Assembly (NCBI RefSeq): GCF_009914755.1
Contig: NC_060926.1
Length of the DNA stretch: 64,000 nucleotides
Reading direction: 5' to 3' (one strand)
DNA from: the human T2T-CHM13v2.0 reference genome, Homo sapiens
Part shown: positions 19,401 to 31,600 of the stretch, in pieces
Numbering within the stretch: position 1 is the stretch's first letter
How the letters are laid out: each line of letters begins with the position of its first letter
Program-made: the position numbers and the translations under genes
Notes under the pieces: model-generated
What the model was told of the DNA's origin: nothing
Seen by the model: the letters and a program-made list of their open reading frames with translations, nothing else
Database searches by the model: none

Positions 19401-22400
19401 ATATAAGACAAATATTAAAAGATCGGAAGGGATAAACAGCAATACAAAATAGTAGGGGGCTTCAATTCTCCACTTTCAGCAATAGATAGACTATTCAAAC
19501 AGAAAACTAATAAGGAAATATTGGACTGGAACTACACTTTAGATGAAATAGATCTAGCAAACTTATTTAGAAGATTCCATCCAACAGCAACAGAATACAC
19601 ATTATTCTCAAGAGCACATGGAACATTTTTTTCAGAATAGATCACATGTTAAGCCATCACACAAGTATTAAATTTAACAAGATTGAAATCATATGAAATA
19701 TTGTTTTTGACCACAATTATGTAAAACTAGAAATCAATAGGATAAGGAAAACTGGAAAATTCACAAATATGTGGATATTAGATAATACGCTTCTGAACAA
19801 CCCAAAGGGCCTAAGAAGAAATCAAATGGGAAATTCTTAAAAATGTTGAGAAAAACTAGGGTGGAAATACAACATATTAAAACTGAAGAGATGCAGGAAA
19901 AACAGTTCTAAATGGGAAGTTTATAGTAATTAATGCTTACATGAAGAAAAAAAAATCTCAAATAAACATTCATCCTAATTTTATACCTCAAGAAAGTTGA
20001 AAAAGAACAAACTAAGCCCCGCGTTAGTAGGGAAAAGATAATAACAAAAATCAGAGCAGAAATAAATGAAATAGAGACTAGTAGAACAATAGAAAAAATT
20101 TAAAAACCAAGACCAGGGTTTTTGAAAATGTAAACAAAATCAACAAATCTTTGGCTAGACTGAAAAGAAAGGGAAGACTCAAATAAATAAAACTAGGAAT
20201 GAAACAGGAGACATTACAACTGCCACCACAGAAATACAAAGGATGAGCGACTACTATGAACATTTTATGCCAACAAATTGGATACACTGAAATAAATGGA
20301 TAATTCCAAGAAACATATAACCTAGTGAGACTAAATTATGAAAAAAACAGAGAATCAGAACAGATCAATTATAAGTAAGAATATTGAATCAGTAACCAAA
20401 AATCTGCCAACAAAGAAAAGCCCTGATGGCTTCACTGTTGCATTCTACCAAATATTTGAAGAATTGATATCAATTCTTCTCAAATTCTTCCAAAAAATTG
20501 AGGGGGAGGGAAAACTTCCAAATTCATTTAATGAGTCCAGCATTACTGTGCTATCAAAGCCAGACAAGAACACTGAAAAAAAAAAAAAAGAAAAATACAC
20601 GTCGATACCCTGATGATAATAGATGTAAACATCCTCAACAAAAAACTGGCAACAATTCAATGACAGATTATATCATATAGCATGATCAAGAGCTATCTAT
20701 CCCTGGGATGCAAGGATGGTTCAATATACACAAATCAATAAATGTGATATACCACATTACCAGAACAAAGCTTAAAAATTATTATCTCAATAAAAGCAGA
20801 GAAAGCATTTGAAAAAGTTCAATATCCTTCTATGATGCACCTCTCAAAAAATTAGTTACAGAAGGAATGTATCTCAACACAATAAAGGTCGTAATGGAAA
20901 GCCCACAGCCAACATCATATCAAATGGTAAAAAGCTAAAAGTGTTATCTTTAAGGTCAAGGGATAAGACAAAAATGCCCATTAGGCAAAATAAATAAATA
21001 CAATAAATAAAAGACATCCACATCATATGGGAGAAAGCTGAATCATCTTTGTTTGTATATGATATACCCTTCACCAAAAAACTGTTAGAACTAACAAATG
21101 AATTCAGTAAAGTTGTAGGATAAAAAGTTAACATACAAAAATCAGTAGCATTTTTATATACAACCAAAAACTATCCAAACAAGAAATTAAGAAAACAATT
21201 CCATTTACAATAGCATCAAAAAGAATAAAATTCTTAGGAATAAATTTAACCAATGAGGTGAATGATCTGTACACTGAAAACAGTAAACATTGATGAAAGA
21301 AATTCAAGAAGACATAAATAAATGAAAAGATTTTCCATATTTATGGATTAACAGAATTAATTTTATCAAAATATCTATACTACCAAAAGTGGTCTACAGA
21401 GTCAATACAATCAATACCAAAATTCAAATGACAGTTTTCACAAAAATATTTTAAACATATTAAAATTTGCATGGAACCACAAAAGACCCTGAATATCTAA
21501 AGTAATCTTGAACAAGAACAATGCTAGAAACATTATACTTCCTGATTTAAATTACATTACAAAGCTATAGTAATCAAAATAGTATGATACTGACATAAAA
21601 ACACACAGACCAATGCAACAGAATAGAAAGCTCAAAAATAAGTCCTCACATACATAGTCAACTAATTTTTGACAAAGGGTCTGAGAATGCACAATGAGAA
21701 ACGTAAGGTCTCTTCAAAAATGTTGGTGGAAAAACTAGATGTCCATATGCAAATAAATAAATAAATAAATTTGATCCTTATCTTCTATACACAATAGTCA
21801 GCTCAAAATTGATGAAAGATTTAAACATAGTACCTTAAACTATAAAACTCCTGGAAGAAAATATAGAGAAAAAGCTCTATGACATCTGTTTGGCAAAGAT
21901 TTTGGGGGATATGACATTAAAAGCATAGGCAACAAAAACAAAAATAAGCGAGTAGAATTGCATCAAACTAAAATATTTCTGTGTAGCAAAGGAAACAATC
22001 AGCAAAGTAAAAAATGAACCTACAGAAGGAGAAAATATTTGCAAATTATACATTGGCTGAGAGGTATATCCAAAATATATAAGGACTGTATATAATTCAA
22101 TAGCAATAAACAACAAGAACAACAAATAACCTGAACTTAAAATGTTCAAGGGACCTGTATGAACATTTTTCCAAAGAAGTCATACACATGGCCTGATATA
22201 TGAAAAGGTGACTAACATCACTAGTCATCAGGGAAATGTAACTCAAAACCTCAATGAGGTATCATCTCACACCTGTTAGGATGACTGTTATCAAAAAACC
22301 AAAAGATAAACAATTATTGCAAGGATATGGAGAAAAGGGAACTCTTACACATTGTTGGTGGGAACTTAAATTGGTACAGCCATAATGAAAAATGGTTTGG

Positions 22401-22965
22401 AATTCCCTCAAAAAAATTTAAAAAGAAATACCATATGACCCAGAAATCTCACTTCTGGGTGAATATCCAAAGGATATAAAATTACTGTCTCAGAGATCTG
22501 CACACTCATGTGTCACATGCATGAACCTGGAGGATATTACGTTAAATGAAATAAGCCAGGCACAGAAAGACAAACACTGCTTTATCTCACTTACGTAGAA
22601 TCTAAAACAGGCAAACTTAGGGAAACAGACAGTAGAATAGTGGTTGCTAGGGTAAACAGGCTAGGGGAAATAGTTGCTGGTTGAATGCTACAAACTTTCA
22701 GTTATAATAGGGATAGGATCTGGAGACCTATCATATGGCATAGTGACTATAGCTGATAATATATTGTATACTTGAACTTTCCTAAGAGCACATATTTTAA
22801 GCATTTTCACCACACACACAAAAGGTAACTGTGAAGTGATGGATATATTAATTAACTTGATTGTGGGGATCATTTCACAATGTATATGTATATCAAAACA
22901 TCATGTTGTACGCCATAGGTATGTTCAACCTTTGTCAGTTTTACCTTAATAAAGTAGGGGGAGGA
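16470..22965 (+). mobile_element. Near full-length ancient L1MA8/9-like LINE-1
   Basis: L1M-type 5'UTR, ORF1 remnant (AAAACTTCCCAAATCTGGGG), ORF2 remnant (track 20338: TKKSPDGFTVAFYQ), and an L1MA 3' end ending TACCTTAATAAAG. Many stops and deletions. Confidence 0.85.
18506..18656 (+). mobile_element. Short L1MB-type 3' end nested inside the L1MA element
   Basis: GGGATGATGAAAATGTT...ATAGTGGTGATGGTT...TGCCACTGAAT...TACCACAATAAAA plus an A-tail. Confidence 0.7.
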
Positions 22966-23904
22966 AAGATTATATCAGTTTGGCTTAAACCAATTTATTT
23001 TAATGAAAATAGTACTAATTGAGGAGAAATTTTCTGTATTTATTAAAGACTTTATTCTAACACATAGAACTCAGTAAATGAGTCCTTTTGCTTTCTTCTT
23101 TTCCTTCTCATTCTGTAACAGTTCCCTGCCTAGTAGCATTGAAGTCTTCAGAACATATTAGTTTACATGACCTACTGCTTTGCTGAGCTCTTCTGCAAAA
23201 GGAAGAGAAGTTTCAGGAATGAGCTTAAGTGACCAAAAGCCCCTTCCCAGGATTCAGCTGGGATCTGCAAACCATCAGAACTCTCCAGTAGGGGCTGTGA
23301 GCTAAAGCTTGGTCAAATCCAACTTTCCTAAACTTTGGAAGAGATGGTCTGCAGAACTCTAACACAGAGTTATATTTTTACTGCTTAGGGAATCAATCAC
23401 TTTTGTTTAAATGCTTTCCATAAAGATTAGTTACCAATGTACTTCTCTAATAGCCAAGAAAATTTACAAGAGCATGGAATATAGTAAAGAAAATCTGATA
23501 CTAGTAAATTAAAAAAATAATGATTTCTCTGTTTCAGGAATATCTGTTGTTATTACACATTCAAAATAAGATAAAAATACTGGATCTTCTTCTCAGTTGA
23601 AGGCTTTTGTCACTGTGTTCACAGAAATTTAGCTGAGGAAAGTCTCTTAAGAGGTATGTGGTTATGTATAGAAAAAACAATACTTGGTATAATGTAATTA
23701 CATGGTAACATCATGGTGCTCTTAACTAGCTAGCAGGGCATAATGATGCTTATTAACGACACATAGGAAACATCGTGGCACAGAACAATGGGAGAAATCT
23801 TTTTCAGTTTGACCTCAAGAAAGAAAAGAAAGGGATTCAAAATATCCATTTCATCAACTACGCAGAGGAAAGAGAGAATGTCACTTGTAGTAAGAACCAA
23901 AATT

Positions 23905-23992
23905 TACATATTTGATGGGGTTAATATCCAAAATATACAAGGAATTTATACAACTGAATAGCAAGAAAACAAATAACCTGTTTAAAAGCTGG
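23905..23992 (+). mobile_element. Short L1 ORF2 fragment
   Basis: GGGGTTAATATCCAAAATATACAAGGAA...CAACTGAATAGCAAGAAAACAAATAACC. Confidence 0.6.
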
Positions 23993-24499
23993 TAGATCTG
24001 CAGGGTCAAATAAAATAACAAAAACTTCCTCAAAAATCAACAGGAAAAAATCAGGAAGTCCAAATTTTATATAAGAATGATGGAAAGAAATGAAGCCTTC
24101 AAAAAGAGAGCACTCACAGTGAGTTTTGAGCACAGGCAGGGGCAAAGATTAAGGATTGTATAAATATTATCACCAGGGACCTAAAACGTGAAAACAAAGA
24201 CCTATCACAAAATGAAAAACTACAGACAGTATAGGACTCACAGGAGAGGATCAGCAGCAAGGGAAACAAGGTAACATGGGGTACGGAGGTTTTCATACAA
24301 AATCCATCCCTCACCCACCAAGGAGCAAGCAAAGATTCATTCCAATGTATTGAATAAGATTTTTAGTCATGGTGTTTGTGACTAAGTTAATGAATAATAA
24401 AGAGCTAGTCTGGTCTCACTGGGGAGGGAGATCAGGCATTTGTATATGAGGGAGATTTCTGAAACTGTAATCAACTCTAGAAAGATTATCTAGTCGCAG

Positions 24500-24861
24500 T
24501 TTTTTTGTTATTGTTTTTTGTGGGTTTTTATTATTATTATTTTTTTTGGTTTTGGTTTTGTTTTGTTTTTTTTTTCTGAGACAGAGTCTTGTTCTGTCCC
24601 CCAGACTGGAGTGCAGTAATACAGCCATGGCTCACTGCAACCTAGAACTTTCAGGCTCAGGCAATCCTCCTACTTCAGCTTCCCAAGTAGCTGGGACTAC
24701 AACTACATGCCACCACTCCTGGCTAATTTTTAAAATTTTTTTGTAGAGATGAGGTCTAGCCATGTTCCCCAGGCTGGTCTCGAACCCCTGGACTCAAGTG
24801 ATCCACCCTCCTGGCTCTCCCAAAGTGCTGGGATTACAGATGTGAGCCACTGTGTTCCACC
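24500..24861 (-). mobile_element. AluJ with degenerate T-rich tail
   Basis: GAGACAGAGTCTTG...GGCTCAGGCAATCCTCC...TTTTTTGTAGAGATGAGGTCT...GGACTCAAGTGATCC. Confidence 0.9.
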
Positions 24862-26073
24862 TAATGGCAGAAATTCTTAAATAAGCCCAATGGAGTTTTT
24901 GTGTATAGATGAGTCACCCCATGAGCATACCTGAGTAACAATAAATGCTATAAAAATGCTCTTTTCTAGTTTTGCAAATGAGGCATGTGTATTTAGGGCT
25001 AGAGACAAATTGCAGGGATCACAGAGAAGGTATCACCAGTGGTTTCCTTTCTCTAATCTTCCTTCATACTAAATAAAATATTGAACAAATATTTTACAAT
25101 ATCTACTTGAAGTTGTACCAGGGTATTAGTCTGTCTGAGGTACCTGTGTGTCTCTGTGTAGTGCATGGAAAATATAAACTGCTCTCAGTGCAAAACTTGG
25201 GTGAGTCACTCTCAAAAAACACTTGATCATCGTCATGAAGATTTTTATGTCAAAAATTTCTTAGAGGTCTTGCTTAGATCCCTTCCAGTGCGATCAGGGT
25301 GAAGTCTCCCTGATTAGCAGAGTCAGGATTCTAGCACCCCAAAAAAGTCAACTCAGATAAAAAAGCACTATTTACAGACTGTTTCCTTCTGGATAAATTA
25401 TAGCTTCCATTTGCATTTCATAACACTAAACATACCAGCACTGATTCTATTAATCATGTTCTTTTAAAAAGGATAAATATCTTGATAATCTCTTATCTAG
25501 AAGAGGGAAATATCTAGTATATCTGATGGCCAATTTATACAACCTGTTTCCAATATCTAGTTGATAAAAGATGTCAGTAATAAATTATTTGTTTCTACAA
25601 AGGCTTTAGTAAACATATTGCTATGAGCCTGTATGTGTATGTGTGTACATGTGTAGCACTATACATTGTAAAAGAACATGAGCTTGCATACAGGATTACA
25701 TGTTACAGAACAATGCCCTAAATAATTAAAAGCAACACAATAATTATATTATGCTTAACATGGTAGTGTATTTCAAGTTACTGTAATCTTCACAGGCCAT
25801 CCTTTTGTATGTAACCAGTGGGAAACCCACTTACTCTAGGTGGGCTTAGCACCCCACTTTGACAGGGTTTCTGCCCTCTGCGTGCCAGGCTTCCCAAATG
25901 ACCAGAATATGGCCATCTCTATGAATTTCCTCTTCAGATAGCTAGGAAGTTTCTGCTAGGCATATATATGAAACTGCCTCAGAAGCTCCAAAAGAGAAGG
26001 GCTAAAATAAATCTTGGCTGAAATGTAACCAGGTAAACACAGAGATGCTCCAAGGAATCAAGACCAGGAAAAA

Positions 26074-26135
26074 TAGAAGTGCAAGTTCTATTCTTCACTT
26101 ACGAGAATGAGTGGAAAATAGAACTTGCACTTCTA
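26074..26135. repeat. Perfect 19-bp inverted repeat with a partly pairing 24-nt spacer
   Basis: TAGAAGTGCAAGTTCTATT (26074-26092) is the exact reverse complement of AATAGAACTTGCACTTCTA (26117-26135). Confidence 0.95.
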
Positions 26136-26544
26136 CGAGAAGCTTAATCTTTTCTCTGGTCTCATGCTTATGATCAATGAATGCAGTCTTAGAAAGACAC
26201 TAGCTTTCCCTACCCCTAGCCCACATTGCCTGAATGTCACAGTGTCTCCAAGTTACTGTCCTCAGTGGAAAACAGGTGGTTCAATTTCACCTACTTCATG
26301 GATTTCTAAAAATGAGAATAATAATTCCGGTCTCTATTTACATATAAAAGAGTTCATTAAATTAGACACCATTCCCAGAAAAGAAAAAAAGCCCACAGTC
26401 CTGTGGTGTGAGGAAGCAGGCAAGTACTGAGCTCTGCTCGGTTTTGCTTTGCTCAGCTCTGCTCCTCAGATGAGTTTTTCTGTTAAGGGAGTTTTAAGTC
26501 TTAGGTTTCACTAGGAAATTTGTAATCCCATGGGAGGAAACAAA

Positions 26545-26790
26545 CTGCAGTGGTTTAAGAGAGCATTCTGAAATTAGACTGACCAGTTCAAATCCAAGCC
26601 CTGCTACATCCTAGTTGTTTGACCTGGAACATTTACTTAACCTCAATTTCCTTACCTCTAAAATGTAGATACTCTTAGAGTCTGCCTCTTAGCATTCATA
26701 TGAAGATTAAATAAAATCGTCCACATAAGATGTTTAGTACAGTACTGGGCACATATCAGAAACTCAATATGTTAATTGCTATAATTATTT
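26545..26790 (+). mobile_element. MIR
   Basis: GTTCAAATCCAAGCCCTGCTAC...TTACTTAACCTCAATTTCCTTACCTCTAAAATG...TGAAGATTAAATAA...CTGGGCACATA. Confidence 0.8.
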
Positions 26791-26869
26791 TCAACTTGGC
26801 AATGGGTTTTTTATTTTTATACTCAGTTTTTAACAATGATTTGAAAATTCCAATAATAAAAAATCTGCA

Positions 26870-27182
<313 letters not shown>

Positions 27183-28597
27183 CTATTTTTAAAAATTATT
27201 GTCACTATTTCCTCCATCCAGTAGCTTTTGGGCAAAAAACAAACAAACAAACAAAGACACGTAAATTTGAAATCAGGTTTGAGGCTGCACCAATCTTTTC
27301 CAGGAGGAATGAGAGCCAATAAATAGCATATGTTTTTAAATACTATTTTGTTTAATGCAGGTTTTTGATCTAAGTGTAAGAAAAGATTACTTAGTTTTTA
27401 TTCATGAATGTTTACTTTCTAAATATACTTTAGATTTTATGTCCGCAGTGTAGTTTGGATTTTTTTTCCCATTCAACATAGCATTCACCTTCAAAGCCTG
27501 CATGTGAGACACCAGTTTTGTTTAATTTATTGGAATATTTATTTCATAGTCATTGTACCATTTTGTTTGACAACTCCATATAGAAGCACAGAAAAGAAAA
27601 ATCTGTTTCCTTTATAATGTGCAAAAGCAAGTCATGGCATCAGCAGCTTTTCAGTCGTTTTGAAAATGGCTTGTTTACATTACTCTCGTCTGATACAGGC
27701 AGAAAGCTATTCAGGTTTAAAAAATAGTTGTTTTTGCTTCAAAGAAAGGGGATTATATAACTATTTGTGATATAACTAATTAACTTGATCTCAGTATACT
27801 TTTTGATAAGGAGAGAAATAGTAATGTTGCAAAAGGCAAGATGCAGGGAATGTCAAGGCACAAGGGTTGCTCCCCTCTAAGTCCTTTCTCTTTGGGGGAG
27901 GATCCTACATTTTTGCCCACAAAAGAAAATATTATTGTTACTCTTATTTATTAGATAACCTAGCCTTTGAGTTATTGAACACAATATTTCCTATGTAATA
28001 TGCATGTATGTGTCTGAGTGTGATATGATTTGCCATGACTGGCACAATTCTTCAGTTGAGATGTGTTATTAAAAAATATAGAGTGGCTATTTCTCATTAT
28101 TGGCAGTTGACATTGATGGCAGGTACTATAGTTGGAAATTTTGGTAAACTCACTGGAATAAATCCCTAAACCCTGGTAGACTTTAAAATTTACATTTACA
28201 GAACCTGAGATCACTTCTGCTACACTGTAAAAGCCCAGCAAAATGCATCAATTACAGAATAACTCGTCTAAAAAGTACTTTGCCAAGCAAATTTCCCCAT
28301 CTGCTACCCAGCCAACAAGCTGTGTGTAGCCATCATTACTGCCAGCTGCCAGACTAGGGTGTGTCACATCACCTCTTTTCAGAGTGAGAGGAGTGTCACA
28401 GCAGCTGGAGATCCTCTGCTTGGTGCTGGCATCGTGTAACTCTTGCCCTCTCAGCTCCTCACCCCTTTGGTCATTCCTGTGGTGATTTGGAGGCTTGCCC
28501 ATCAATCAACCTGGCTCAGCTGCTTAGGCACTGAAAGGCTGAGTGGACCCAGAACCTTCCATTCCATGCCAGTGTCTTGGATTTCACTCATTTTTTA

Positions 28598-28718
28598 AAT
28601 TCATCTATTAGATGTGTATTTATTAAGTCCAAAGTACTCTTCTAGGCATTTGGGGCATTAACAATCAATAAAATAGAAGAAAAAAGGTCCTGCTTTCACA
28701 GAGCTTACATTCTAGTGA
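28598..28718 (-). mobile_element. L2 3' end
   Basis: TATTTATTAAG...TTCTAGGCATTTGGGG...GTCCTGCTTTCACAGAGCTTACATTCTAGT. Confidence 0.65.
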
Positions 28719-28862
28719 ATTGACATTTCAGTAGTTTCTCTTGATAATCAGGGCATGTATTGGATCACATCTGAATGAGAACTTTTAAAAGATACTAATG
28801 GCAAGATCCCTTACAGACTATACAAAAACCTTTTGCTATAAAGTTTGTGAATACTTTGCTAG

Positions 28863-29800
28863 CTTTTAATTTTGTAATAGTATTAGATCTATAATAGAGT
28901 TGCAAAGATTATGGAGATGTCCTGTATACCTTTTATCCAGCTTCCTTGAATGTTAACATCTTACATAACCATAGTAGAATTATCAAAGCTAAGAAATTAA
29001 CACTAGCACAATACTGTGAAATAAACTATAGACTTTATGTGTGTTTTACAAGCTTTTCCACTAATGGCTGTTTTATTTCTGTTCCGGGATCCCACATAGC
29101 ATTTCTTTGTCATGTCTCCTTGGCCTCCTCCAATCTATGACAATTCTCATCTTTCTTTGTCTTTCATGACCTTGACCTTTCGAACAGTACTGGCCACATA
29201 TTTTAGTAGAATGCCTCTTAATGTTGTTTTCATGATATTTTCTCAAGATTAGTTTGAGTTTTGCACTTTAAAGAAAAATACTCAAAAGTCATGTGGCCTT
29301 CCCACTTCATCATATTAGAGGAGTGCATGTTGCCAGTGTATCTTCTTATTGGTGATGTTAACCTTGATTACTTGAATAAGGGCTTGTCGGACAGTTTTTT
29401 CCATTGCTAAGTGACTGTATTTCTCTTTGAAATTAATAAGTATTTAGGAGGGAATGTTTTGAGAATATGCAAATATCTTGCTCTTCCAAAACTTTTACCC
29501 ACCAATTTTACCATTTATTGGTGGATTTTTTTTTCAGAAATTATTACTATGGCATGCTAAGGATGCTTTTCTATGTCACTTGTTCCTTTTTATGTATTAA
29601 TTAGAAATGTTTGGTAAGGAAGGGCTATCTCTTATCCCTCAATTATTTATTTGTCAATGTATTTAATAATTTAAATCAGTGTGGATTTATAGATATTTAT
29701 TTTATTCTTTGGTTTATAATATTATTTTTAATTTTTTTACAAAAATTGTTCCAGTTTTGGCCTTTGAAGGCTCTTTCAGATTGGCCCTTGTGTCTACTGG
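28863..29800 (-). mobile_element. L1MC4/5-like 3' end
   Basis: AGTTGCAAAGAT...TGTTAACATCTTACATAACCATAGTA...CTTTCATGACCTTGAC...TTGGTGATGTTAACCTTGAT...TTGTTCCAGTTTTGGCC. Confidence 0.8.
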
Positions 29801-30375
29801 GCCTTTTGGGTAGGTCAATGTCTCCTTAATGTAGATAGAAAAGAGGAAGATTTACTTCCATTGATTCTGTTTGCTTATTTTACATCTGCCAGGACATTTT
29901 ATTTTTAAATGAATTTTTAATATATATTTTAAAAATTGCTAAAACATACACAAAGGATACAACATGAAACGTGTATTAAAGAAAACCAAGCTACTCCACC
30001 AATATGTGACTGTTAGATCTCTCCCAATTTAATCAGGAATTATGACTAAGACTGGGAGAAAATGCTCCCTAACAGTATACGATTCAGTGATTGAGAATAT
30101 ACCAAAGCAAAGGCATCATCTAATCAAATATGGACAGCTGAGCATATATATTCAATCACAACATATTGTAATATTTCCCACATGTCCATAGTATCTTAGC
30201 TGTTATAATTAAAAGTACATTATGGCATGAAGACTGACCATCTCTTTGTTCTATTTTAAGAATTATATTCCTCTGTTCACAAGTAACGTTGAACTATATT
30301 ATTTACATGTTTTTAAAATTTTAAAATCTATGAGTCTTATAAACAGAATAAAATTTGTTTTAAAGTCTTAATTTC

Positions 30376-31163
30376 CTTCAGTTCCATCATGTTGCCATGA
30401 ATAACAGGAATGACAGGATATCATTCTTCTTTATGGCTGAATAGTATTCCACTGTGCATATATATATATATATGCATATATATATGTGATTATATATATG
30501 CATATATATATGTGATTATATATATGCATATATATATGTGATTATATATATGCATATATATGTGATTATATATGCATATATGTGATTATATATATATATG
30601 CATATATATATGTGATTATATATATCACATTTTCTCTATCGATTTATTTGTTGTTGGACACTTTGCTTTCTTCCATATCTTGGCTATTGTGAATAGTGCT
30701 ACAGTAAACATGTGGGTGCAGATAGGACATTACATTAAGTGAATTAAGCCAGGAACAGAAAATTAAGCACTGCAAGTTCTCACTCATATATGGAAGCCAA
30801 AAAATGTTGATTTCATAGAATCAAAAAGTAGAACAAAGGATACTAGAGGCTGGGAAGGGTAGAGGGAAAGGAAAGATAGGGAGAGATTTGTTAAAGGATA
30901 CCAAATTACAGCTAGGTAGGAGGAATAAGTTCTAGTGTTCCATACCACTGTAGGATGACAATATTAACAATAATATATAGTTCCAAATAGCTGGAAGGAG
31001 AATATTGAATTTGTCCAGCACAAAGAAATGACAAAACTTTGAGATGTTGGATGTACCATTTACCCTGATCTGATCACTATACACTATATGTATCAAAAAC
31101 CACTATATACCCCATAAATATGTACAATCATTACCTGTCCATTCAAAATAAAATTAAAAAATT
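30376..31163 (+). mobile_element. 5'-inverted (twin-primed) L1MA5-like LINE-1
   Basis: 30376-30724 is antisense L1 ORF2 end and 30725-31163 is sense 3' end. A single TSD AAGTCTTAATTTC (30363-30375, 31164-31176) brackets both parts. Confidence 0.88.
30456..30628. repeat. AT-rich minisatellite [GC(AT)nGTGAT(TA)n] x6
   Basis: GTGAT anchors at 30486, 30512, 30538, 30562, 30582 and 30612, giving periods of 26, 26, 24, 20 and 30. Confidence 0.9.
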
Positions 31164-31304
31164 AAGTCTTAATTTCAATGGCACATTACATAAGTGCTCT
31201 AAGAGATCTTTTTCTATGTATTAATATTTTCTTGAGGCTATCACATCATAACTTTGGTAAAAGAAGCTTTTGGACAAAATAAAATCACTTTTAAGAAATG
31301 CTCT

Positions 31305-31600
31305 AATATGGATACAGTTGGAAGTCATTATCCTAAGTGAATTAACACAGGAACAGAAAACCAGATACTGCATGTTCTAACTTTTAAATGCGAGCTAAAC
31401 GATGGGTACTCATGGACATAAAAATGGCAACCACAGACACCGGGACTGCAAGAAGGGGCATGGAGAGAGGGAGGCAAGGATTGAAAAACTATGCTCAGTG
31501 CCTGGGTGACAGGATGAATCACGCCCCAAACCTCAGCATCACACAATATACCAGCTAACAAACCTGCATATGCACCCCTGAATCTAAAATAAAATTAGAA
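31305..31600 (+). mobile_element. L1PA16/17-like 3' fragment
   Basis: CATTATCCTAAGTGAATTAACACAGGAACAGAAAACC...CCAAACCTCAGCATCACACAATATACC...CCCCTGAATCTAAAATAAAA. Confidence 0.8.

Noticed and set aside
30456-30628. Regularly spaced repeats resembling a CRISPR array
   Set aside because: There are no unique spacers and no cas genes. It is a eukaryotic AT minisatellite inside an L1.
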